Source: Geosiphon pyriformis uo1 (lineage: Eukaryota; Fungi; Glomeromycota). Taken from it: a DNA stretch of 64,000 bases. The translations under genes and the position numbers were made by a program. The notes under the pieces were generated by a model. That model saw only the letters and a list, made by a program, of their open reading frames with translations, searched no databases and had not been told where the DNA came from. Below are positions 26,539 through 40,500 of the stretch, one piece after another (the first letter of the stretch is position 1; every line of letters starts with the position of its first letter). The stretch is taken from assembly GCA_016748015.1 (NCBI GenBank), contig JAAOMT010000003.1:1058373-1122372 (forward strand). Direction: 5' to 3'.

Positions 26539-26575
26539 GTGACGTCACGCGTGATCCAAGCTAATGCATGATTGG
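26539..26575. promoter_or_regulatory. Candidate promoter elements: overlapping palindromes GTGACGTCAC (CRE/ATF-like) and TCACGCGTGA (MCB-like), plus a reverse CCAAT box
   Basis: GTGACGTCACGCGTGA at 26539-26554 and GATTGG at about 26570, roughly 200 nt upstream of the ATG at 26344. Confidence 0.4.
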
Positions 26576-26619
26576 AAAATTCAGCCTCGAAGCTTAATCG
26601 TTATTTCTTTATCCGATCT

Positions 26620-28670
<2,051 letters not shown>

Positions 28671-28840
28671 TTACTATTAATAATATTATTTATTGTGTTT
28701 TAAAATATTTTTTTTAATTTCAAAGATTTACACACATTTCTGTTAATTAAATATATAAATTGAATTTTGATTGGTCAGAACTATTCAAAAAGGTTGAAAA
28801 TTATAAACATAGTTGAGTTTTTTATTTTGTAACAACTATC

Positions 28841-30273
28841 ATGGACGAACTATTCGATAATATGGTTATTGATGGCGGTTTTAATAATGTTCCTGAGGGA
28901 AAGTTACAAACAGAAATGAACAAAGTTCCTTTGTTTATGACCCAGCTACCCGAAGAAGAAAACGACACACTTGCGGCGCTTCAGTCATTACTGTATGAAG
29001 GCACACCTGAAGGTTCTTGAGGCTCCACCCTTATGTGTTGATGTTTTATCGACTCAATCACCTGTTAAATGTATCGTCTATATTATACTTGAAACTCAAG
29101 AACTTTCTGGCTCAATTTTTATAATGCAGAGGTCGCAGAAAACTTTAAGAAACAAGGAAACGAATGCTTCCAAGCTGGCAAAGTACAATATCAAAATGCT
29201 CTCATATATTATACTAAGGCTTTGGAAACACAGTGTAAAGATCAAAAAATTATTGAAGCCTGTTTGACCAATAGAGCTGCTGTAAACCTCGAGTTGCGTA
29301 AGTAGGGAATTCATTTCCTTTCTATTCCCTTATTTCATCATCCAATTTAACAGAGTTCTTCTGAAATATCAAATCAGCTGCTTTTCTCTATTTTTACCCT
29401 CTTTCTAGAAAACTACCGAAAAGTTTTGACTGATTGTGCTAAAGCCCTTCAGATCAATCCAAAAAATGTTAAAGCCCTTTTCCGATCCGTTAAAGCGTTG
29501 TACATGCTTGATAAGATTGAGGAGGCATTGGATTGTTGTGAGCATGGTCTGGCGGTAAATATATATATAATGACATTCATTAAAAAGTCACTTCTTTCCT
29601 TCACCTCATTTATTTATATATTTCGTAACTAACAGATTGAGCCCGACAACAAAGCTCTGCAATTAGAGAAACAAAAGATTCTGAAACACAAAGTTTGTTT
29701 GAATAAAAAGAAAGAAGAAAAGCAAGAGAGGGAGCGTAAAGAATATGAACAAAAAGTTGCATTGGAAAAGGTTATCAAGGTAGAGAGTAATCCAAGACAC
29801 AATTATATTCATATTGCTTTCACTCAGAAAATATGCTACACTTTTAGGATCGAAATATTCGAATCACAACTACACGAGACGCACCTAATTCGCCTCATTC
29901 TGTATATTTGGAATCGGAGACGCAACAGCTAATTTGGCCAGTATTCTTTTTGTACCCGGAATACAAAGAGTCTGATTTTATTATTCGTTTTAATGAGGAA
30001 AGTACATTTTTGGATCATCTGGAAGTTATGTTTGGAGAACGCGCCCCTTGGGATACCGAAGGTAAGTATTCTCCTAAAAATCTTGACATTTATTTTGAGT
30101 TTTCCCCAGAAGAGATTGGCATGAAACCAACTCTAATAAAAGTTGGAAAAAAGAGCTCACTTAGAGAGGCCCTTGCCCATCCAAAATATATTGTAAAGAA
30201 TGGTATTCCGAATTTCATGATTTTACCTCAAGGGACACCATTCACTGAGATGTTCTTGAAACAGTACAAATAA
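28841..30273 (+). CDS. CNS1: Hsp70/Hsp90 TPR co-chaperone Cns1/TTC4 (5 exons)
   Basis: MNKVPLFMTQLP..LAALQSLLYEGTPE/EVAENFKKQGNECF..LTNRAAVNLEL/ENYRKVLTDCAKAL..KALFRS..; C-terminal wheel domain LIWPVFFLYPEYKESDFI..LDHLEVMF..PWD. Confidence 0.92.
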
Positions 30274-30554
30274 TATAGAAACGATTATTCTTTTTGTTTT
30301 GTCTTTTCAAAGCACAACGCTTTGGTTTAATTAATAAATTATATTTGTTTTGGGGTTCAACTTGGTATGGTATTTCAAGAACACTCTTGAAACATTTTAA
30401 GATCCATGTACAAACACCTTTTTTATAATTGAGTAAAAAAATTACTTGTTGATTTTTTTAATGTATTTTAATTAATAAAACTAATTATTTTCATGTTTTA
30501 TAACTTGATCGATACTTACTTTGTTATATTTATATATTATATTAAAATTATATA

Positions 30555-30748
30555 ATAAACAGAGTGGCCCAACCTAAAACTGTTTTACAATAGAAGTGGC
30601 TCATGCGTTTCCTACACGTGACCACTCACGTGGGCTAGTCAACCTAATAATCCCACATATATACCAGACATCAATCGATAAGCCGGTTTTTTCCTCTCGG
30701 CTCTCAGTCTAGCACGTGGCACCCACGATTTTAATGCCTGCCAACTTA
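30555..30748 (-). mobile_element. Short LINE-related 3'-end fragment (SINE-like), CpG retained
   Basis: Minus strand GTGGTCACGTGTAGGAAACGCATGAGCCAC..GGTTGGGCCACTCTGTTTATT matches the 3' UTR of the LINEs at 1-549, 10408-10540 and 34590-34712. Upstream WVPRARLRAE resembles the ORF2 tail. Confidence 0.6.
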
Positions 30749-31874
30749 CAAAATAATTATTCAATATTTAATCACCATTATTATTATTATGAAAAAAATT
30801 AATATTAAAATAATTCAAGTTGTTAACTTACAATTATTTTTATAAACATTAATTTAAGTTCTAAAATATCAAACTTTTTTTTTAAATGCTTATTGAGTGT
30901 ACATGTTCTACAATGAATGCGGATCATACGTAATCAGCCACCCGAGTCGATACTATATTATATTATAAGTGACCGAGTCTAAAACTTCCTGACCAACCAA
31001 TTTCAAAACTTGTCAGATGATGTAAATTTTTATCGCAGTTGTTAATTTTTAAAAAATCAGGTTTTTTTGCATAATATTTTTTGATTCTAAAATTAAGAAA
31101 ATCCTGGTGTACTATTTAATTAACTAAAATATTTTATTTTTATTAAAACTCAAGTAATTTTAAATAATTAACTATATTATTTTCTGATACTTACACTATA
31201 TTTTTAATATTATAGTTATATTAAACTCCTAATTAAAGCTTATAAATAGTTTTTTATGTGAATATTTAAATATTAGTTTATTATTTAAAGAAATCTTGAA
31301 AATTACAATTTTCTTAAAGATAATTCTCTGTGGTTTTTTATTGCCTGTGGAAAGAAAAACGCAAATTGGCTTTGAGAATTTAAAATTATTTCTCATAGCT
31401 GAAAAGAAGGTTAAGAGATGGCGCTTGGCTGCTAATGGGTTTTTTCTTAAATATTTCCTATCTGGGAACCATTTATCTATCTAAAGATATTATAGTCAAG
31501 TAATATAATATTAAAACTCTATGAAAAAGCTTATATAATTTTTGATAAGGCTATAAAACATATTTTTTAGTTAATTTATAACTTAAGTATAACATGAAAC
31601 TTATTCAAGTTAATATTTAATCTTACTTTCATTAGATAATAATTTTGGGTTAATCACACCCTAAATTATTTTCAATCTTTGTGGCAAGCTTGGAGGCTAA
31701 GGGCTAGGGAGCTAGCAAAAAATAGCATAAAAAGGCGATAAGTTCGCTAGGTAAAATAAAATCTTTATATATATTAAAAGGATATAAGATTCTTTAAAAG
31801 TAATATATCAGTTCTTTAAAATCTTCAAAACTAAAATTCATTACTTTCTAGTTTCTAAATCACTAATAACTATT

Positions 31875-31900
31875 CGCTACTACTACTATTACTACTACTG

Positions 31901-31933
<33 letters not shown>

Positions 31934-31946
31934 TTACTACCACTAC
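31875..31946. repeat. Imperfect (TAC)n microsatellite
   Basis: Direct reading. Confidence 0.9.
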
Positions 31947-33599
31947 AATGGATTTTTCACGGCTGCTTTCTGCACTTCTAACCTTTATTTTCGTTGCTTG
32001 TCTGGTAACTGTTCAAAGCCCAAGAGTTCGGAAATTGTGAAGGATTCAGCTGTGGTTGTTACAAAAATTACTGCGGGCATATTGTGCATATCAGCTGCCC
32101 CTGTTTGCTGTAATCGGAATTGGGAATGGATATTTTTTTTGTTAATAAACTGGGTATTTTCTGCATCAGGGGCTTTGTATATATTACATATTATAGTTAT
32201 ATAGTCTTTTATATGCGCATTAATATTTTGCCAAAGATTGAATGTAGGCAAAGTTACTTAAACAAAAATATTGCTATTCTGATTTTTTTGTAAAAAAGCG
32301 TTGATGTTTAGGGTCAGAATTAAGGTTAAATAAAGCAAATTTGAACTGATATTAAATTTGATGTTGAGTCTGGTATTTCAACTAAAAAATTTCCAGATTT
32401 GAATATGTTTTTAAGTTAATAAAATTTGTGTGTATGTATTTTTTAGACCAGCAGTATTATTAATTGAAACCAAAATGTTTTTATGAAACAAGATAAAATT
32501 TCAAGTTTATGGTTATAAATTGTCAAGTATTTGCTTTGTTTTTTAATTTTAATATTAAAATGTTCACATATTTAACTAAATTTTTAAAAGTGGCAAACAT
32601 TTATTCAAGAAAATTGATTATATAACTTATTTGTAAAATTATTGTTTAATAATTTCTAAATTAACATTTTGAATAAGAAATAATCTAAATAGAATACTTT
32701 GTTCTAAGAATTATCTTGGAAAATCATGTGACTTCTGATTTATATATAATATAAGACAAATAATATAAATTAATTTTATATAATAAAATTATATAATATT
32801 TATATTACATAAAATGCTACACGAACACTTAAAATAGTTATACGAATATAATATATAAATAATTGATTAAAAAATATGTTATTAGTATAGTTTTATTGTT
32901 AATTAATTATTACTAATTAACTAAAAAAACCCAAAATAAATATATAATTTAAATAGTAAATAACTTATTTTAAAATCTTATTATTAATTATAAATAATAA
33001 TAATGTAATCTAACCAGTCTTATTTCGTATAACTGTTGTTTTTTGTGTAACTTGTTGTATTTGCATTTTTTCATATAATTATAACTTTTTTTGTATAATA
33101 TTTATGTTTTTTAAAGTTTTATATAATAAAAAATTTCAAAAAAACCAGTTTTATTGAAAATAAAAACCAAATTTTGTATACAAAATATGAGTTATAAGTT
33201 TCAAGTATCAAAAAACAATATATTATGATAAAATTAATTATTTAAACAAAAATTATTTAAAACTATAATTTTATTAATATATTAATTTATAATATATTAA
33301 TATCTTTTTTTCTTAATATTAATACATAATTTCTTTTTAATATTAAAATTTAAAATTGATAATTACAAACCAAAAAAAAATAGTTAAACAAATAAAAAAA
33401 TACATATTAAAATCTTAAAAAAATTTTTTTTACTAATATAAAATTTATTTTTAATATAAAATACATTTTTAATTAAGATATAAATAAAGTATTCTATATT
33501 TTTATTAATAAATCTCATTTTTTTTGGTGTTATAATACTTTTTTAATTTAAAACATCTAAATTTAACTATTAAATTTATTAACCTCAAATAATCAGACT

Positions 33600-34712
33600 T
33601 TTTTGAATATGTGTGTTTTAGTTGGTATTTGTATTATTTTTGACTTTTATAGAAAATTCTGAATTAAAAGAAAACATATTCATTCTATTATTGCTTTTAA
33701 AAATCTGTTAATTTGTTAAAAAAACATTCTGGAGTTGTTGGTAATAAATGTACTGACTTTTTTACTAGTGCTGCTACCAAGTCTAAGTTTGTGTTACCTA
33801 TTGAAATTTCATAATACTTTCTTGTTATTGAAAGCAGATCTGTCTCTAAAAATGCTTATTGCTTTATTAGGCATCAGTTTAAGACTATTGGTTTTGTCAG
33901 CTGGGAATCTAAGTGTGTAAATGGCATTGTAGATGTGGATTTTAGTAAACTGTTGAATATACATTAGTTTTTTTATGTTTGGCACTCTGATGATAAAATT
34001 CACTCTGGTTTCTTGAGTTCTATATTTGTGGCATTAAGATCTTATTTTATAAAGACCTTATATTATTGATTGCCTACAGCCAAGAGAAAGAGACTTTATA
34101 ATTTAAACTATTCTAGTGTGTTGTGTATTTGGTGTGATTTAATTGAGAATTCTGATCACATGTTTTTATATATATATAATACTAGTGTCAGAAAAAAGTT
34201 GATTTCTGTTATGCTTAAGACTTGAACTGACTTATTAGGCATTAGTAATACTGACTATACAGTCATTCAATTATTGCATGAGACTGAGTCTTCTAATTAT
34301 TTGTATATGGCTTTGGCTAAAGATTTTATGATGAAAGAATGAGTAACTAACACAATAAGTTTATTAGACTCTGGATCTGATAGAAGCAAATTTTCCTACC
34401 AAAGAATAAATCTGTAATTTCAGTTATTTTTGGTTTAGTATCTTTGTGGTCTTATAAAATAATTTATGAATTTGGCTTCAAGCTGGGCATTTATGTTTGT
34501 TTTGGTTTACATTCTGATTTGGCAAGTATACATTTTGGTTTTTTGTGTGATTTTTTTTTAGTGCATGTTTTAAGTATATAATATTACTTTAATTGGTTTG
34601 AATAGCTAGTTATATATAGAAAAGACATAAGCCATACTTAATTTAGAATTTTATTTGATTTTATGTACTTAAATAGTGGTTGGACTGCACTTGTAAAACT
34701 TTAATAAAAAAA
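33600..34712 (+). mobile_element. 5'-truncated, strongly decayed LINE (3' part of ORF2 + 3' UTR + A-tail)
   Basis: RSYFIKTLYY*LPTAKRKRLYNLNYSSVLCIWCDLIENSDHMF parallels the zinc-finger region of the 10408-17208 element; ends GTGGTTGGACTGCACTTG..AAAAAAA. Confidence 0.8.
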
Positions 34713-36079
34713 ATTTATTAAAATTTTAAAAATAAAAATACATATTAAAAAAAATATAATAAATTACTTTAAATTTTACTTATTTTGTTTATTTATAAAT
34801 TATTGAATTTTTATTTTGGTTATATTTTCTTATTATAAAAAAATGTTAATAATATTATAAAAAATTATAATAAGCAAAAAAATTAAAGATATATTTTAAA
34901 GATTATATTAAATATTATAGTTATAAATATAAATTTAGTGATTATTATTAATCAAAAAAAATCAATTTTTATGATTATTATAATTGTAAATCAAAATATT
35001 AAAATTGTAAATAATATACTAATATTAATTTTTTATAAAATATCTTATTTATAACTTTTATAATTTTTATTAATATATATATTATCTATTATATTTTAAT
35101 ATTCAATATTATGTTTCAATATATTAAAATATTTCTAAAAATATTTTTAACAAAATTCAACTTCTTACTAAAAATAAAAATCTGTTAATTAATACTTAAA
35201 AACTATTAAAAATAAAATTTTTAACTGAATTTATTCTTAATTATAATTTTTTAAACATAATACAAAAATATAAAGTTTATATTAATAAAAAACTAAATAT
35301 ATTATGTTTATTAATAATATTTTTTAACTATAAATTATATAATTATTAATAGACTATTGAATTTGAATTAAACAATAAAAACCAATTTATTTACTAATTT
35401 TAAATATTATTAATACAGATTGTTTTTTAGTTAAAGTATTATAATATTGTTTTAAATAACAATACTACAAAAACCAATTAATATTAAATATCACTTTTAT
35501 TTTTTTTTGTCATAAAAAATAATATTAAATTACATAATATTATAAAAGCTTTATATTAAATAAAATAATTAAATTATATAAATAAATCTTAAAATATACA
35601 AAAAAAACAATAATAATAGAATTATTAATATTTATTATAAATACAAATCTTGTAATTAATATTATAATTAAACAAATATATAAAACTATATATTTAATTC
35701 ACTATATTTTTTACATCAATAAAAATCTACCAAAAAATCTTAAATTTAAATTTTATAATTAATATAATAGTTTTATTTATAACTTTTTTACATATTATAA
35801 TACAGTCAAATTTGAGATAATTCATATTAAAATAATTTATAATCTTTAATAAGCCATAATATTTTGAATCTACCAATTTGGTAGTTAAAAAATTTTTATG
35901 TTTATAACTTATATCTGTAATATCCAATAATTTATAACTTTTTACTGTTAGTATAGATTATTTCAAATGTTAGATTTAGTTTAAATTCTGCTAATTTTGA
36001 TAAAATTGCAATAAAACAAACCAATATTTCTATAACTAAAAATACAATATGATAAAATAATATTATTTATTTAACAAAA

Positions 36080-36316
36080 TAATTATTAATTATGTAAATA
36101 ATTAAGTCAGAGTTTTAAATTGTTCTAAGTTCTAAATTATTATTAATTATATGAGTAATTAAGTTAGAGTTTTAAATTGTCTTAAGTTTTAAATTATTAC
36201 TAATCTTGTGAATAATTAAGTCAAAGTTTTAGATTGTTCTAAGTTCTAAATTATTATTAATTGTATGAGTAATCAAGTTAGAGTTTCGAATTGTTCTAAG
36301 TTCTAAATTATTATTA
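36080..36316. repeat. 57-bp tandem repeat (left part; continues at 48089-48270 beyond the inserted Tc1)
   Basis: ATTAAGTYAGAGTTTTAAATTGTTCTAAGTTCTAAATTATTATTAATT units start at 36101, 36158, 36215 and 36272. Confidence 0.9.
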
Positions 36317-37571
36317 CAGTCTTCCCAAAAAGTAATGGCAAGGTATTTTATTTATTTTTATTTTTTTTATACATAATAATTTCTGTTTAAATTTTAATAT
36401 TTAATAGATATATAAGTAAAAAATATATATGCAAAAAATTAATATTTAGTATGTCCTCCTTTTACACTAATACAATCTTGAATTCAATTTTGCATACTAG
36501 TAATACAGTTAAAAATGGTCTTATTAGACAGATTATTCTATTTTTTTTCTACTATTGTAATAAAAATTGCTTGAAAAATATTTTTTTGTGTGCTATTATT
36601 GCTTTGACTTTTTTCTTAATATTTTGTTTAAAAATAGCCTAAATATTCCCAATTGAATTGAGATCTGGACTATATAATAGCCAAGACAAAATGCAATTCA
36701 ACAGTTGTATCTCAAGATCTGCACAAACATCTTTTAAAGTATGCTTTGAATTGTTATCATGCTGGAAAATTCAATGTTGTCATCCATATATGCTAGTTGC
36801 ATTGTAATATAAATTCTTATTGAGAATTTTATGATAAAGATATCAATCCATATTTTTTGTAAAAATGCACATTTCAACTTTTCTATATGCACAAATTGCT
36901 TTCTACATATGAAGTTTAAATAGATAGTTTATTATTAATACAATAGATTTACCCAAATGAAACCAAACCAAGCAAGTATTTCAAAACATTTGTAAAGTTG
37001 TTTTATCTGGAAATACTACTTTGCACCAATTATAATTAGAATATTTTTGAACCTATACTAATCAGTTTTGTTTAACTTGTTTGGTAAGTAGAGATACATG
37101 TCTTGGTAAAACAGCTATATAACCAAGCCTAGAAAGTTTATTGTAAATAGTCTGTTTACCTATTTCAATCTTAAGATATGTTTTTGCAAATTGTGCCTTG
37201 ATTTTAATTGCTGTAGTAAAGTGATTTTGATTTACAATTTTTCCAATTTGACAATACATCTTTGGTAAAGTTTTTTATGAACAATCTGAATGATGAATTG
37301 CTTGAATTTGATCATTTTTATGAAGTTGTCCTATATATTGTTTACAAGAGCAAAGAGAAACATTAGTTTTTTGAGATATTTCAGTTGAACTTCAATAATT
37401 TTGTTGTTAAAATCTCTTAACGATGTTACAAGTGATTATTTGGGGTCTCAAATTAAATAACAAACCTGTAACTTGGTGCTTAATTAATTTAATAATGTTG
37501 GTTTCTAAAAGTTGTTTGTATCTAAAGGTTTTGGTTGAATCTTTTGTATAATAGACAGAGATTCAATATGG

Positions 37572-40500
37572 TGTTACAGTTCAAGAATTTAATAGGAATT
37601 ATAAATAATATAAATTAGCCAATCATAAAATAGCACAGCAATAATTTATAAAAAGAAATGATTTACAAATAACAGCAAGCACTATTTTACAATAGCATTA
37701 AGCACTATTGTGCAATAGCAGCAAGCACTATTTTACAATAGCAGCAAGCACTATTTAGAAATAACAGAAATAGAGTATTACAAGACGTTATTTTGTAAAA
37801 CAATAATTATATATATATATACAATAGTTTTTAATAATGAAAAAAAACAAGCTTCAACAAAAAACAACAAATATCTAAATAAAATCTTATTTAAAAAGAA
37901 TTAATAAAAAGAATTGAATGAACATCACAATTGCAAAATTAACAATAAAATTCACATACCCTCTTTAGCAAATGAAACTATCATTCCATCTTTAAACCCT
38001 TTGGAAGAATAATCCCTGATCAAAATTATTTACGTGGTTACTAATTAAATTGAAAAAAGCTTTATTATATACTTAAGAAAATTGCAAAAAGATCATTAAT
38101 ATTCCATGTTTCTAGATTAGAAAAACACATCAGGCAATTGCAAAAATAGCCTCAGAGAAGACTCTAAAACAGCAGATAAATTTCAGATTAGCCTCTGGAA
38201 AGGAATACAAAACATACAAAGACAATTAGAATTAAAGAGAAGACTTACATCACAACATCAAGAGAAAACCTTCAGTACATTATCATTAATATCCAATACA
38301 TAAAATAAAGAAACTTATGAAAGACTGATTGCAATTAAAACAGGAGATCAACAATTAAAATATACCAAAAAAACCATTCCGTAACATTTGGTGAACTCTA
38401 CAAGAAAAGAAATTCAAAAAGAAAATAATAATTAGCAATAATTCATTGCTAAAAAGGAAGAAACAAAAGTGGTGACAAAAACCTCTACCCTTACTGTTTT
38501 TGAATTCTGCTGTGCTATTTACACACAAAATCAAAGTAATCTTGGATTACCAAAAGGGTGTTGTCCAGCAGAATCTGCTCTCACTTATTATATCAATGCT
38601 AGAATAAATTACCACATAGGAAAAGAAAAAGAATCACACAACGCAAAACTTGGATTGTATAGAGAATTATCACAATACATTACAAAAAAAGTAGCAGTAA
38701 TAGCTACAACTATTGTTAAAATTCATCGCAAAATTGAGCAATACGCCAACAAAAATTTTCCAATATCCACAAAAAACACCAGAAAATGCATCCACAATCC
38801 AGAAATTAATTACAAAGAAAATCAGCAAAAATTAGGAACACCTGCCCAAATGTCCAAGAAAAATGTCACGCAATTAGTAAAAAAACAATGTCTTTATTTA
38901 CCAGAAAAAAGATCTTACTATTTTTTCCCAGATAATAAAATCCAACTTCCATTAGGAGCTGTATTATCATTTACATCAACTCTACAAACACCAAGAACTT
39001 CTAATTATACTGATAAACTTAAACAATGTGATTGGGGAAATATACCAATAACAAAAGGATATTCATTGCTATTTCAAAACCCCTTTTTTCAACCAAAATT
39101 TGGAGCAGGGTTTGAAAACCATGAAAAAGAGTCTGAATCAGAATCTGGAAAAACCAGTGAAAAAACAAGCACAAGACCAGTCACAGAAACAAGCAGCCAG
39201 TTCAGAAACCAAAAAACTCATGATCAAAAAGAAGAACCAGATATAAGAGAAGCCACCTTTAGGGGCACTCAAGAAAATATCATCCCACCTTCTCTTAGAC
39301 CAATAAACTCACTAGCAGAAAACAATGACAAAATGACCACACCTTACATTGTGCGATTAACAGATTTCTTAGGAGAGGAAGAAGAAATGGATGTGCACAT
39401 GTGGCTCAGAGAAGCACAAAAAGCCATCCAGGCAAATAACTGAAATGATCAAAGAGCAATCCAAACATTACCTTTCTTCTTGAAAGGCACTGCCAACTCA
39501 TGGTATTAAAGCTTGGAAATAAAACCCACAAGCTTTGCCAAATTTAAAGACACACTCTTGGAATATTTTAGTGACCCAAACGCCATAATTCAACTACAGA
39601 ATGAATTCAATACTATTAAGCAAGGTATAAGTGAAACTATCACCCAATACCTTGCTTGATTCAATCGAATTTACCATCAAATTGAAGCAATTGAGCAAAG
39701 ATACTATACTGATTCTCAGGTTTTAAATCAATTTATTAGAGGATTAAAAAGCAGCATTTTAGGAAGAGTACGTCCTGTCCACTCTAATTCCTTACCAGAA
39801 GCTATTATGCTTGCTAGAGCCCTTGAATTGGCTGAGAAAAAAGCTAACCATAGTCAAATAGTTAACATAGTGATTGAGGAAAACAAAACAGAAACTTTAA
39901 AGAAGAAAGTAGCATAATTAAGGAAGGAACTCTCTAAGAAAATAGAAAGTTACCTCATCTCAGACCCAAGAAGAAATAACACATACCAAACATCTCAAAG
40001 ATGCAACCAAGAATTCAGTGGCAGCCAAAATAATCACTCATTGCATCAGGACTTCAGAACAAAAACATGCGCCTGCCATTTTTGCAAATGTATAGGACAT
40101 TTGATTGGCCAATGTCAAACATGAATAATGCAAGAGACACACAAAAATAATTATTATACACCCCCCCCAAATGCTCAGAAATCAATATACACCAATACTA
40201 TGTTAATACCTCACTATGTACCAAAATTAAGGAACTTATCAGCAATAACCAGTGATTCCAAATTCAAACTGGCATCCAGAGTTTCAAAGCCAGCCAGTAT
40301 TAGGCGAAAACACAATTATTATTAGAAATCCTAATTGCATAGGATCTAATTAGCAAACAAATGCAAACTACCCAAATTTCCAGCCAACTTACCTTAATAT
40401 ATTGAAAAACTTAAATCTTGGAAATATTAATGATAACATACTTGAAACTGAAAACATTACTAATAGCCAAAACTTGATCCAAACAATACCACCAGCCATT

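Noticed and set aside
31697-31716. Telomere-like CTAAGGGCTAGGG
   Set aside because: Only two imperfect units; not a TTAGGG array.
38387-38404. Assigning a specific primer tRNA to the Gypsy PBS
   Set aside because: The site is decayed and host tRNA sequences are not available here.
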